From Takakia lepidozioides (taxonomy: Eukaryota > Plantae > Bryophyta): 64,000 nucleotides of DNA. The translations under genes were made by a program, and so were the position numbers. The notes beneath the pieces are model-generated. The model saw only the letters and a program-made list of their open reading frames with translations. It ran no database searches and had not been told where the DNA came from. Positions 38,740 through 52,100 of the stretch are shown here, in pieces. How positions within the stretch are numbered: position 1 is the first letter of the stretch; every line of letters begins with the position of its first letter. The stretch lies in the NCBI GenBank assembly GCA_030704615.1, contig CM060731.1, positions 41,354,001 to 41,418,000 on the forward strand. Reading direction: 5' to 3'.

Positions 38740-39720
38740 TGTGGTCTGTGGTGCAGGTCTGTTCATTTTTATATATGATGTACACTTTTGTGGAACATTT
38801 CATTAGTCTGCTGTCGTGGTCTACTGCTAAACATTTATGCTCGATATTTTGTATTGAGTAGTGCTCCACGTGGTCTGCTTGTGAACCGATGTATGCTATA
38901 CTCCTGGCCGTGGTCTGCTTCTGAAGTGATTGGTCTGCTATCTCCACGGAGTGGACTTAGTTTGGACCACGGTTGTTGGTCTCCTCCATGAAATAGTGGT
39001 ATACCAAATTCGGTGGCATAGGTCAGTCCCATCGTTACTCGAGTGTACTGTCTTGGGCTACCCCTGTACTGTATTGGTCTGCTTCATATGGTCTGTGGAA
39101 CATTTCATGAGTCTGTTATCGTGGTCTATTGCTACTACTTCTGATCGACGTTTTGTATTGAGTAGTGATCCACGTGGTGTGTTGGTCCGATGTTATTGAT
39201 CTGTCGATGTATGCAGTACTCCTCGACGTGGTCTGCTACTGAATTAATGTTATTGGTCTGCTACCTGCACGGAGTGGACTGAGTTTGGACCACAGTTGTT
39301 GGTCTGCCTCGTGACATAGTGGTATACTAAATTCGGCGGTCGGCTAAATGTGGGGCACAAGTCAATCTCATCGTTAGTCGAGTGTATTGTCTTTGGTCTG
39401 CTCCATTGAACTATGCTTGCTTCATTACTCTACTACATTCGTTTACTGGTTCACTTTGGCTCATTTTTTGATTTCATGGTCTTCTTCATCAAACCTTTAC
39501 AAAGCACATTAAGGGAGTCGCAGATGTTCTGCCACATTGGTCTATTACAAGTCAGTGCTGGTCTACTGTAGGTGGTGTGCAATCATGGTCTGCCGAAATG
39601 GTCTACTTCAGGTGGTCTGCGATGGTCTACTGTAGGTGGTGTGCAATCATGGTCTGCCGAAATGGTCTACTTCAGGTGGTCTGCGATAATGGTCTGCCGA
39701 TCTGGTCTACTGCAGGTGAG
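38740..39720. repeat. Motif-rich repeats between the two MULE genes (duplication of about 300 bp; tandem of about 60 bp at 39560-39685)
   Basis: 38785-39050 resembles 39090-39390. ggtctactgtaggtggtgtgcaatcatggtctgccgaaatggtctacttcaggtggtctgcgat occurs twice. Confidence 0.85.
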
Positions 39721-39758
39721 AATTGATCTACCGCATTGGACAACTGCAGGTCCTTTCC

Positions 39759-42700
39759 TTAGTTAGATTGATCCATCTTTCTCAGTTCTGGATGATGAGA
39801 CACCCGCCTCAGAGCCGAGTAAATATGGCTAACAGGGGGAAGGGCAGACACACGTTTCCCCCCATTTAGTTTCATTTTCCGCCGAGCTTGAAAATGTTCC
39901 ACAAAATCCTTTTTCCTCTTCAATGACATGTTGTTGTTGTATTTTACACAATTGAACGCTCGTGTTGCAGCCGGGTGTAACATGTCGGAAGCTTTTTTGA
40001 CGAGGATGTCCTGCATCTGCCCTCGGCAAACACGCACTGCAGACAAGCAATGGTGTATAAGGTATGCGTCGTTGTGTACAAGGTCAAGCAGGTCGGTTAT
40101 CTCCCATTTCAAAATAGCTTCCAACAGGTCTGCTGTGAGCAATGACTCTGCCGTGGTCGGGGTTGCGCTTGCATGCACGTTACCGCTTTCGAGGTCGCAT
40201 GCTGCCATGTCGTCCGTGTTCGTCCAAATTCTCCAGCCCACCGTGAACAGTACCGAAGTGGGAACCACATGTCCGGACAATGAGACCGTCTTGCAGGTCT
40301 GGTTTTAGCAACTTTATGACCCGAACCTGGTGCTTGCACAGATTGCCTTTCAGCGCCCACGGGCAGGTGCAGCAGGCCCACTGCGACTCTGGATTGAACA
40401 CGGTGTACGTTGTATTCGGATCGGAGGAGCTCATGACGTAAGCAGGCTGCCCAGGCGCTGCAGGCAAAGTCACACGTGAAAGAGGTATGTCAGGGGCTGC
40501 ACATATTGCACTGGAAATGTGCTTTTCCTGTTTATCGTTGCGAATAAACCCATGCGTCTTCAGATGAATGCCGTACCAGTAGTGGACCAGTACACGCCCA
40601 GTCAACTCCCATATCAGCCAATCGGCTCTTCGACCGGTCATTTTGCCTTTGCCCATATTAAGTCTCGCCTTTAAGTTTCCATGGTATGCCTCGATGCTCG
40701 CATTAGTATCTTGGCTTGCATGTGGAATGATGCGGGCAGCAGTACACCACATAGCGATTTTGGGAACCCAGTACACATTAATGTAGTGGAGGAACAACTG
40801 AACAGACGGATATTTCTTTTTCATTGCCTTCAATTTTTTCTTAACCCATTTCACAGCTTCGCGGTCCACCTCTGTAGTACATAAGGTCGCCCATATCTGC
40901 CAACAGTTTGAGGATGTTCCCGGATCACTGATTTTCTGGCATGATTGCTTGACCTAGGCCTTCCGTACATGCCAAAGGCAAAGAAAAACTGCATACTCCT
41001 GTGAAAACAGACCTGCATGCGGCCACAAAATCAGAAGTGCCTGAACCGGGCATTCGTATTCAGCACTACCACAATCATGAGATTAAACAGGGCAGACCAT
41101 ATAGGGCAGCAGACCCTGAAGCGGACCATAGGGCAGACCATAGGGCAGAATGAGATGTGGCATACCAAACAAGACATGGCAGACCTTGCAGCGGACCATA
41201 CAGCAGACCATAGGGCAGATTGGGATGTGGCATACTGGATTGCATTGATTTCTGCTTCAGCGTCGTCGACAATGACGGCATTTGGCCGCCAGTTGGGCTT
41301 TTCCTGAAGGAGGGCATCACGCAATGCTAGCATCCACGGGATAAGGTCTGATGTTCGATTGCGTGCTGACAAAATGTATGCAACCGGAATTCCATTCAAC
41401 CATTGGTCGAACACCATCAACGTGTACAAGGGGAACTGCATGAAATATTTGTAATTAGCAGACCAATGTCGTACCGACAGGCACAGGGTCGACTGCAATA
41501 TGGTGAAAACGCACATGGTGTATTGCAACTTGGTGAACACGCACAGGGTGTACTGCAACTTGGTGAACAGGCACAGGGTCTACTGTAACAGGGTGAACAC
41601 GCAAAAGGGTCTGCCCTAAAACAGAGTGCAGTGGAAGGTCTGCTGGAACAGGGTGTACTGGGACAGGGTCTACAACAGTTAGGTCTATCGGGATTGAGGA
41701 CAAATAAGCAATGCACCACAAGAGTGGGAGAACATTGTAGTATGCTATCATGCTAGTAGAAGCCCGTGGAGAGGGTCCATGGCAGACCTTGTGATGGTTA
41801 GTTCCAAATGTAGCGTCGCAAGCTACGATGCGTGCATGGCCCAAGTCCAACATCTTCTGCCGCTGCCAAGGAGTCTGAATCCCAATGGTGAAGGTCAAAT
41901 CTCCATCAAAATGTTGAAATGTGGGTGCCAATGATTCCTCTTGGTAGAAGAAGACCGAATCCGGGTTTTGATCTTTCCACATACGCACGGATTGTGCGTC
42001 ATCAGCGTGTTTTTTGAAGGTCTGCCAGGCTCGTTTTTCAGCGAGATTTCGGACATCTTGCTCGAGGAGAAAGTCGTCGCGTGTCCATGCGTCTCCCAAG
42101 CCACTGTTTTGCATGACGTGCTCCTTGTGTTCAATCATGACTTGGGCAACACTCAAGCCTCGAGACAAGCATTCCATGATCCACTTTTTGAGCTCCTCGC
42201 TAATATGTGGAGCATAAGCATATCGGCTGAACTAGAACTCAGCATATCCGCCATGAGAGGGTTTTCCGGACACATCCAGGTGTTGCATGTTGTTATAATA
42301 TGTGATGACCCCAATGTCTGGAGCAAGATAACATTGCGAGACTTTGAAACAACAGAGACACCCACGCTTGTAAGACTCGCCGTATTGGCTTTTCTTTCGT
42401 CTTAGACCTTTGTGAGGATTACTGCTTCCAGCCCCAACGTCCGGACCTCCTCGCTTGACTTTAGGATCCGTGACAATCAAATTGTTGGTGCGCTTGTCCT
42501 CTGGTCCATAGCAACACTGATACCTAGATAGGGTCGTATGTCATCGACACCGGAGTATGTCATCGATACCCATGGAGTTCTGCAAGCATGTAAGACAGCC
42601 TAAACCCTATATATCATGCATGTACATGTCCGGCAAGCACAAGCACAGGGCATGAACAAAGAGGCAGTGCGGGAATATGGTGCAGACATGACAGAGGTTA

Positions 42701-42980
42701 GATATGTGTTAGCTCTTGGAGCTCTTCGCGGTCCGGGCTTCGCGTTAATATGCACATTTATGTAAAATTGGGTGGAACACCCGTCTCTACTCTCCTCTCC
42801 AAGTACAAAGTCGGGCACTCTCTGCCAGGGAATACAGGTCGTGCGGACCCGCACTTGAGAGCCCATGTATCTAGAGCGACTCTCGTTCTTCCAGTAAAGG
42901 TCTTTGCAGGAAAATGGCCTATCTTTTGGTGTTTGAAGATTGTCGCAGTGGACGTATAAGAAAGCTTTTTGGTTGGGCAT
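39759..42980 (-). pseudogene. MULE DDE transposase with SWIM finger; exons 42980-42688, 42523-41788, 41435-41236, 41012-39759
   Basis: IPWQRVPDFVLGE, YQCCYGPED, KRGCLCCF, FTIGIQTPWQ, ACDATFGTN (D1), VIVDDAEAE (D2), FLCLWHVRKA, TNASIEAYHGNLK (E), CCTCPWALKGNLCKH. Premature TAG at 42232-42234 and about 40955, plus frameshifts. Confidence 0.9.
41475..41615. repeat. 30-bp tandem repeat (about 4.5 copies) in transposase intron 2
   Basis: gcacagggtgtactgcaacttggtgaacac-like units. Confidence 0.8.
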
Positions 42981-43164
42981 CGACGGCCGCTGCCATATAC
43001 ACTGCAGTACCCCTTCGCGCACTCGAAAGCACCTGCAATACGACCTGGAAAAGTGGAAGCGAAGGACAACAACATGCACATTCTTGGCGGGACGGAAGCG
43101 CGTTGGCAGGAACAGACCAATGGAGGAAAAGATCGATGAAACAGTCTTCACCCACGATTGGCAG

Positions 43165-43539
43165 CGGCTGCCATGCCCTAAATCCGGGCGGCTACGATAG
43201 CAGCGCGACACATCACGGTGAGATGGGCGGCACATCATATGGGGTGCGTTTGGGTTTGCCGATCGGGCTGCTTGGCGGCAGACTGCGCAGACCGAGCAAG
43301 GGCAGACCCCAGCAAGGGCAGACCCACTGGGGACCGATGGCGGGCGGACCCAGCGGCGAGGGCGGGCGGGGGCCGCGGTCCGGGGGGCGGGCAGGGCTAC
43401 GGGCAGCTGCGGGGCTGCCGACCGCGCTGCGCGGCTGGCAGCTGGGGGTGGGCGGGGCAGGGGAGGGCGACCCCGCGCTCCGTGCGCGCCCTGTCTCACA
43501 CGCGTGACATAAACTCCCAATTATTCAAAAATGAGAGGC
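43165..43539 (-). repeat. Right TIR of the MULE
   Basis: Ends ...ttattcaaaaatgagaggc, immediately followed by the TSD. Confidence 0.9.
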
Positions 43540-44496
43540 CTTTTTGCACTGCCCCTGCTTGATATCTTGACATAAATCAATGGGTCACCCTTGTTAGTGA
43601 AGGGCCCCCCACCCCTTTGGAGGGTGAAATGTAAAGGTGTATGAACAGTTTTCTCAGTACTTTTTCAAGGCCAGAGGCCCAAGAGGGCTGGCCAGAATGA
43701 GGCGCTGCATTTAGGGTTTTCTTCTTGGTCATGGTTGACTGTTGAGGCCGTATGGCACCCTTTGAGATTTAACTCTTCTTCCCCTTCAATATTCAACTAT
43801 TAACAATAGTTATTTGGCTAAAAATAATGTGATTTTTTGGCTAAAATATATTAGGTTTAGCCAGAACTTGCAGTGTGGTGGTTTAACAGGCCATGCAATT
43901 GATTCAACACACTGAAGGACTAGTCTACTGTCCCAAGAGAAGGATAGAATGCTCACCCAGTTTTCCAGAAACGGAGAGGCTAAAGAAACCACAATTGAGT
44001 AGCAGTGTAACATGCAGGGACAACATATAATTACAAACCTGCAGAGATATACCGAGAGACTCAAACTGAGCAGGGATCTATGCAAAGGAGATCACTGCAA
44101 ACATACAGGGAGAGATGTACCAAAGAATCAATGAGATACAGCTTTGGGTAGTTTATATTACAGATGACAGTAACTGTGGTTTCTCACAACTTCCATAGCT
44201 AGTGCCTTTGAGCCACCGGTCCATCCCTTCCGGGTTTCTCACCGAATATAAAGAACGGCCTATGCACGGAGCCCAACCACATCCTCCATGTACATGAGGT
44301 TCAGTCCCTCAACGTCTCTCCCTGAAAAGTCTACTGTACAGTAATATTGGCGTTACAGAGCGGGAACAACATACACATGCTCAAGAGCTGCTAAATGTAC
44401 ACGTACAGTTCTGCTGTTGCTTTGAAAGAACGAGCTCGCAAACTTGCTGAGTTCAGTTACTGCTGTTCTTTCAAAGAACGAGTTCTTGAAGAAATC

Positions 44497-45760
44497 AATT
44501 ACGGACCCTACAGTGGTGCTCCCAGGGAGCCGGTCAAAACTCTGGAATTCCCGAGCTTAAGCATGGCATCGCTCGAAAGCTAAATTCAAAAATCTCCTTT
44601 CCTAACCCTAATGGGTTGAGGCCTGCATAAGTGCTCACAAATCCAGCATTTTGGGGGGTGGGCGATCTCTTGATCGATTTGCATAATGCCCTTGCCCTGC
44701 AGTAACTGAAGGTAGTAGCTCGTGTCGAAGGTGTTTCCCGTAGGTCCTAGGTCGAGCGACGCCGCTGCATCAGTGGCTGTGGTCCACAATGGGCACACTC
44801 TGCGGAGCGATGCTGCGAGCTGGGGATTCATGGCGGGATCTGGCCGACCGGTACCCTTGAAGTTGTAGAGCCTGTGGACGAAAGAGGAGCAGTGGGCCAC
44901 CCCAACTGTGAGCACCTGCGGACAAAACATCAAACGTACATCAGTTTTGCAATTCTCATACGAATTTCATAATCCCGTGGAAGACCAGACCAAATTGACT
45001 TCTAACACAACATGAGTTCAACGAGTATCCAAGTTGCAGATCTCGTGACTGAGCGAACAGCAATGCACTGTCTAACATGGTTACGATACTTGCTCCAAGG
45101 AAACCAAAGCTTGCGGGATCCATATTTTCTGGTACATTACATACCGATCAGAGTCACCCATTCTTCCAGAGAAATCCCAATAGAGGAACATTTCTCAGTA
45201 ACCTCTTCCACGGTGTCATCTGAGGCCGGAAGGTTGACGAGACTGGCTAGTGATGTACGCCCATCTCTGCATCCTGTTGGCATATGCCATTTGCCAAGCA
45301 TGAAAATTCACATGCTAGATCTAGTGGAGCAGTATTCCCCTTTAGTGCCGAATCTTGGTCTCTACTTGACATACTTCCATGTATGTACCCAATTTTAACG
45401 CGGTTCCATGATCCTGCCTTAAATCTCGTCACTGGAATGGCAATTGGAAATAATATTGTCATTGTTCAAGGACAATGTCTGGATTCAGAATATCCGTCTG
45501 AAATTTGGCACAACGTCAGCAACGTCATTGAAAAACTCTTGAAACAAAGATACGGAGGACTATCAATCAAAGGCCTGTATCTTAAAACTAAGCCAGTGCA
45601 TACCTGGGAAACGGCTTCTAGAGTGGCAAGTGCGATGATATCGGCACAGGAAACAACTCCGGGGCACACCCTCTCAACAGCTGCATTGGCCTCGTCCATT
45701 ACATGGTAGCCCTCACAGTCTGGTTTGGAATAGCGTCTTTTTCAATCATGTCTCCGTGCT
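44497..45760 (-). pseudogene. Class III secretory peroxidase pseudogene (N-terminal exon not found)
   Basis: EKDAIPNQTV../CPGVVSCADIIALAT, TGCRDGRTS..NLP, TVGVAHCSSFVHRLYNFKGTGRPDPAMNP, TFDTSYYLQLLQGKGIMQID. Frameshifts; no RLHFHDC motif seen. Confidence 0.85.
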
Positions 45761-46833
45761 TCTGAAACTTCCCAGTACAACCCCAGCCCAATCTTTTGAG
45801 CACTACAACCTTGTACAAGTCTCGCCACTCCTGTCTGAGAATTGCACGAATTCCTAGCGACTATTGTGAAACTTGACAAAGAGCCATAACCACAAGACGC
45901 CCACAGACTGGAGCAAACCAAGAAAGCCTCCGATCTTCACAGAAACCAGAACTCGGCAGAGACGAGATCAAACAAACAACAAACTCTACAAACTCTTATA
46001 CGTACCACTCACCTGCCTCTCTGCACCTTCACGCCAACAGCTACTCCTTATCCGCCGTCGATCTCCTCGGATGGTTATTCCGCCGCCGTCGATCTTAAAT
46101 TTGAATTCAAATGGTCCCGCCTCGCATTTTAGTTTCCATGTGTGCTGGAAGTTGGAACGTTCCGACGAGCAGTGACCGTTATTAAATTCCTTTCGTAGAC
46201 TAAAACTAAACTAGAAGATGTGGGATTCAGGCTTCGATCCCAGGGTCTCATTCGAGGGCTCATGCTGTGTTGGTCCTGGGTTCAAATCGTGGGTCGACAA
46301 TGTTGTGAGAGCATTGATCCTTGCATTAGCTCTGTGCAACATTAATGGGCTTGAGGCCCCATTTTAGTCTTTGTATCACAACCCAACCCTGTTTCTGTTT
46401 CTTCCCAGCTCTTGTATACTAATTGCCTCTGATATTGGCTTCCGATAAACTTCTTTGCAAGATTGCTCTGAGAGAAAAGAGAACGCAAACAAAAAGCTTA
46501 AGCAAAAACTTGCAAAGCTGAAAGAGTAATGTTGAGCCTGAACTTGGTTTAAAATGTGTCACGAACCCTCCTTACTGAGGTTCAGGACACTATACTGTCT
46601 AGCCAACAAATTCGGCACGAAAAAAACCCATTATTCCACAACTGGTACCCACCACCAGCATCTCCCATGATAAAAAAAACCCCAAGAGTACCAGGGTGTG
46701 TAGCAACAGTTAAGAAATCCCTTGAGAACCCTTACAAGAGTATTGATTTTGGATTGTACTACTTTGTGTAGCCGTGCAATACACCAATCCCATTTTGAAG
46801 TCAGAAATGATCATCACTGTTGATAGATTCACT

Positions 46834-49800
46834 TCATAATCCCCCTCCTTGCTTCTTCATCTGATACTGAACAGCCCAGATAGGTACCATTGTCCCAATT
46901 GCCAAAGCACCGAAAGTACCCACAAACATTTTCAGCTTGCGGTGCTTCATCCCGGGGATGTTATACATGTGGTCTGCATGAATATAGTCATCACTGTAGC
47001 GCTTTGGTCCTGTCACATGGAACTGGCGTGTTCCTGCAATAACAAGTTCTTGTTTGGTTTTCATGAATATAAGCCAAAACTATCAGGACTGTTAACACTT
47101 GACAGAACTTGAGCAACCACTAGCACATTGTCTCTTATACAAGGGTTGGGTGTTCTCAAGAGCAAGTTCTGCATGTCAGTCCTGCATTCACACTTTTAGT
47201 TAAAGAGCCCGGGTTTGCCTCGTGACAGTTAGTACAGGAACCTACAATAATATTTGGATGTCCGTGACAAGATCAGATTTGGAGACTGTTCTGACTCTGA
47301 GCTTTGGAGTCTTCACCTTTTCTTTGTTTCTGCACATGTCTACCTTACAGGCTTTCCGTCCATCGCATTATGGGCTTTAATTCATTACTGAAATGGGAGA
47401 AAAAAAGTACCTGGGAAAACTCTTCCAACCACTCCAGCTGTACAAAAGCTACCCAACCACCTAACTAAACCAAACTTCTTGAATAAAGATCATTGACACT
47501 TTCCTGGAAATTCGGTACAGAATTCAGTACAGAATTAAACAACACATAAGTTACAGTGATACCGACTGTCAGTAGGTTAGAAGTCGGATACCACACTGGT
47601 TCAATGTTCTGGTCAAAGGAATCTACCTATCCAGCCTACAAAAATTTGAAGAGCAGGTCATATTCCTGACCAGAGATTCTCTGCGATCATTAGCTGAGCG
47701 GCAAGGAGAAGCACCAACAGGTAGATTTTCTTATGATAACCAGGGTTCCGTCGAACACAGGGGTCCAAAGAACCTTCTTGTGTACTAACGGGAATTGCTC
47801 CCAAGTTAAGCAGACCACTAACCAGATAGCTGACCCTCTCAATGTGAAGAAATCCAGGTGATGTAAGTGATCTAGGTCCAAGGCCAATCCTCACTAGTGT
47901 TTAGAAGTCCCAGCGACTTGAAGATACATCGTAACTCTATACATGGAAAGAAACAGCTGTTCACTTTGTCAGCTGGAACTTCATCCAGATTTCCACACTA
48001 GTGGAGTATTAAATTTAACCTAGGGGAATCTGTCTTAAATTAAGAATTTGATCATCAGTATACATCATCAATGTTCCCGTTTAGATCCCAATCCCGACAA
48101 CGTAATCATCCTCAGTAGAAAGTAACTTCCAAAGCTGATCAAACGATTTACAAATCTACACTTGAGCCATGAATGCAGAACTACATACCCAAGCACCACA
48201 CAAGCATTCAATATTCAGCTCATATCCATGCAACTTTAGTCACCCTCAATAAACTTTTCCTTCAGTCCATTCGTAAGGCTTCCCTGCCAATTCCATTTGC
48301 TAAAAGCCTAATAGAATCACCATGATAGCTTTCAAGAGGAGATCAAACAGCAATGGATATAGTATCTAGGCAGAACAATGATCCATGATGAGGGTGAGTG
48401 ATATAATTTGGAATTTTCCACTTGGCCTGGAACAAAAAAGTAATTGTGTTCATCATGTGACAACTAATTCAGCATGTGGCAAACTACCACGTCAGCATAT
48501 GTGCTGCTGTCTTTCAGTTCAAAGAATGTTTGAGAACAGCAAATGTTCTACAATTGCATTTTGTTAGACTACTGACCATTACATTGGCAGTCAATGAATT
48601 ACCTGGATTCATCAACAGAATAGTGGTAAAAACTGTGATCTAGTTGACAGAACCAATGTACCAGACGCATAAGAAAGACAGTAACAAACTTCCCAGCACG
48701 AAGTCAGAACTGTCCTTTCATTGGGTGTTGCCACAGTGTATCCCATATTGAAAAGCCATGACTGAGCGCAATAGCTTCTGCCATTACCCATATAGTGATA
48801 ATTGATCATAACCATACTCATATACAATATAGATAGTGTGGATGTTGGAGACACTTATTGGCAGCTGCCTGGGGAAGTTCACTGTAAATTTCTATGAAGA
48901 CTGGTCAATGACAAAGTAAACAGCAGTCAAGTAATGCTAGACAATGGTTTGCCATACGTGGATGGAACAAAAACAGATAAACCATGGCTGGAGCATTTCA
49001 CGAAGGTGGCAGAGTAACAGATCTTGTCTTTCAAGTTGAGAACTTTGCAACCCCATGGAACAAGTTTGAAGGGATCAAGAGAACCTGCTAATTGTGGGCA
49101 GGTGTGGGGCTCCTGTTGAGCAACAAATCAGCTTCCACTAGAGGATCCTACAGTTGAGGGCTTAAGGGTTAACTGCCCCACTTCCAGCTTGACAGATATG
49201 CTGAGATGCCACAAGTGAATGCTCATGTCATGTACTGGCCAGTTCTCATCATCGAACAGCACTTCAGGTTCCAAATGGATTGGAGCACCCCAGTCTGTCT
49301 CCCAGATAGGTGAAGGATGGAGTGTGTCCGTACTACACTAATTTGCATAGCACCCTGCAGTCTAGTTTTAGAAGTAGAGGCATTGGATTACCACACAATC
49401 GGCTCACCAGGCTGAGGCTGGCGCAGTCGTCTGAGGTTGGTGAGCAGAGGCATGTCCTCGCCAGAAAACCTTTTCATTTCCTCGCAATCCCCCCGGTACG
49501 AAAGTTTTGTGATACGTCTGGTACCAGGACCAGTCTTGTATGTCCTAAACCTGATACCAGAACAACACTAGTGTTGGTCTGGTATATAGTGAAGGACTGG
49601 TATAAAGTACTGGTATTAAATACCAGACCAGTCTACAAAGTGGAGGGCCTTTTCTCTCTAAGCTGAGTTTAAGAGCTCCCCACCCTGGGTCGACTAAGGC
49701 GACAAGCCAAGGGCATGCAAAGGATACTGCATCCATGTATGATGAGCGCATCATCTATCTCTTCCCGTGCGTACAGAATGAGAACTTAGAGTAATCTAGA

Positions 49801-50235
49801 TTAGTTCTAAACTAACGAAGACTCGTCTTGCACGGAATAATTTGTTGCAACAGACGACCTCCCGACCGTCTAAGGACCTTTCACTACCTCGATCAAGTGG
49901 GAATGACACAGCTATGTTTCTTAAGTCAGATCTGGATGATAGGGTAGAAACCTGCGGAGATTCCATTTGCAAGAGATGATATCTCGCAGCAATGGGAACT
50001 TTATATCCCTACAACGGATCAGCGATTAACTATATTCAAAGAAAGAAACATCTATGTCTCTTATCTCAGAATGAATATGCCCTACCACGAATCCGTCTCT
50101 GCTACTCATCCGACAGCCAATTGACCCAAAACGCTGGATAGTTCCATTACCAGCACCAATCTGGCTAGGCGAGCTCCGAAGACAAGATAGAAGAAGACGG
50201 GAAGCGGATCGGGCAGCCTCGCCCACCATCGCCAT
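46834..50235 (-). CDS. Cytochrome c oxidase subunit VIIc-like (yeast Cox8-like) small mitochondrial protein, 94 aa; exons 50235-50151, 47033-46834
   Basis: MAMVGEAARSASRLLLSCLRSSPSQIGA|GTRQFHVTGPKR..HADHMYNIPGMKHRKLKM..ALAIGTMVPIWAVQYQMKK. Presequence plus one TM helix, similar to Cox8 'NIPFK...AIGFAVPFVACYVQLKK'. Phase-1 GT-AG intron. Confidence 0.75.
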
Positions 50236-50636
50236 CGTCCTGCACCACCTCACGCACTCACGCTCTGTTGTCCTGATAGTATGGAGGGGAGCATTTTCAG
50301 CACTTTGCCACCTTTCTTATTTTAAGAAAAGATTGGTTTTGTTGTTTGAGAATCGAAATGGTCCCAATGTTTTCAATCAAGTCAAGAAGGTCCTCACATA
50401 TTTTTGATTGATTCCATCCATGTAATCCCCTTCAGATGGGTTTTCACCGACCCATTGTTTTCTAACAACAATGATACAATGGGCCACCCCATTCCATGCA
50501 AGAAACCCCAATCCACTTTACCCTTCTCATGCTCATCTCTCTCACCTGCCACACCGTTTGCATCGGAGTAGATATCTCTGGTAGAGCAGCTCTTCATGCA
50601 GATGCTGCATATAGCAGCTTTGGATGCGGTTGAGTA

Positions 50637-52100
50637 TCCATTGAGAACTTTGTGTTGAAGTGAAACCATGAGGCCATTGGATGGCCTCTTAGGTGTTTAG
50701 GGGTTAATATGGAAAGGGTGCAACATGCCAGAAGACAAGGGCCACTCCTAAGATCACTACAAAGGAGGTACCCCAAAGAACTTGCCCAAAAACAATCTGA
50801 AAGCATAGGTGTATGTGCACATCCTGAGAATGACTCCAGACAGAATTACAGTTTTCTTAGTATGAAATCGTGTGTGAAGTCTACTTTCACATGCAGGCAT
50901 CCAGTTTTGGACTGCTATGAAAACTTTTGGAACAGTTGAAAGAGAACCATCCCATTGACTCCAACTCTTAAAGCTGCAGGATATGCAACACAACAAAGCA
51001 AAGACTACAAATCACTTGTGGAAGGTGATAAATGTAAATAACAGAGGTCCACCAGGCAGTTCACTAGTCAAGCTCCAAAAACCCCCACGAAAAAGTCATC
51101 AGACAAAGCAGCCCAAGCAGCCCAAAGCACATTAAACATTGAGAAAATGTCATTGGCACCTTAGTACCAATCCTGAATAAATTACATTATGGTGCACATA
51201 CTGCACCTCTGCAAGTACTCAGCACTCAGTATTGCCAATCAACCTGGAAGTTTTCTGGATCAGAGGGGAAGTGAAACATTTGGACTGTGGTCATTGGTCA
51301 AGTGCACACCAAAGGTAAACATAATTTACTGCAAGAAAGTCTAGATACTTTCCCCCTCCTATGGTGTTCTTTTCACTCTATTGTCCTTATCCTGACATCG
51401 ACTACGAGTAATTCCCCTCCAGACTCGTTTCCTTTCCTAGAAACATTTCTCTGTATACCAACGGGCTTATACGGATATCATCATCTTCTCCACACATCTC
51501 ACAAAGCACGATTCCAGCCACCTTCCAAGCAAAGCAAAGGCTTGGGGGAACCATCCTCTTGACATAGGATCTGTCTTTCACGTATTTTGTAGTTATAATG
51601 GCTATACACCACGCTATGAATGGCCGTAGCCCTCTGAAAGATTGTCTCAGTCAATAATTGCCGGCCCTTCATCTTGAGTGCTCCGGCATAGAGCAACTTC
51701 ACAACCCACATGGAATCTCATTATGTTTAGTCTGGACCAAACACCTTCCAAAACATCTTAATGGCTCCGTTTTAGAGGATAGAAATCAGATTCACTTCAG
51801 GTCTGTCCAAGATTGGATGAACCGCAAAAACCGTGTAGCATGACAAACAAGAACAGCAACAGAAAGCTAATTCCATGCACATAGCGAAGCATGATATTGA
51901 TCTAGACTGGTATGTTGGGAAGAATGGTTATGAAACGCAAGATTGTACAAGGAGCAACAACTCGTGAAGGTGGAGTGGGAAAACAAATAATGCTGGTAGT
52001 GCTGGTTGGGTGCCACCCAGAACCATACCAGAGAGCCAAGATGGTCTACACTCCAGATTTTCGCGTTGAACATTAGCATTTGTGAGATCAAGGTGTGGAG
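50637..52100. repeat. Segmental duplicate of 62668-64000 (RDR terminal exon, intron and 3' flank)
   Basis: Collinear high similarity with small indels. Confidence 0.9.

Larger units (their letters stand above)
30968..43539. mobile_element. Complete Mutator-like (MULE) DNA transposon, 12,572 bp
   Basis: TIRs gcctctcatttttgaataa.tgggagtt.atgtc.cgcgtgtg at both ends. Perfect 10-bp TSD ctttttgcac at 30958-30967 and 43540-43549. Internal MULE/SWIM transposase and Ulp1 gene. Confidence 0.95.

Noticed and set aside
50637-52100. Possible LTR pair with 62668-64000
   Set aside because: The repeat contains the RDR terminal exon, with no TG..CA/PBS or gag-pol between copies; it is a tandem gene duplication.
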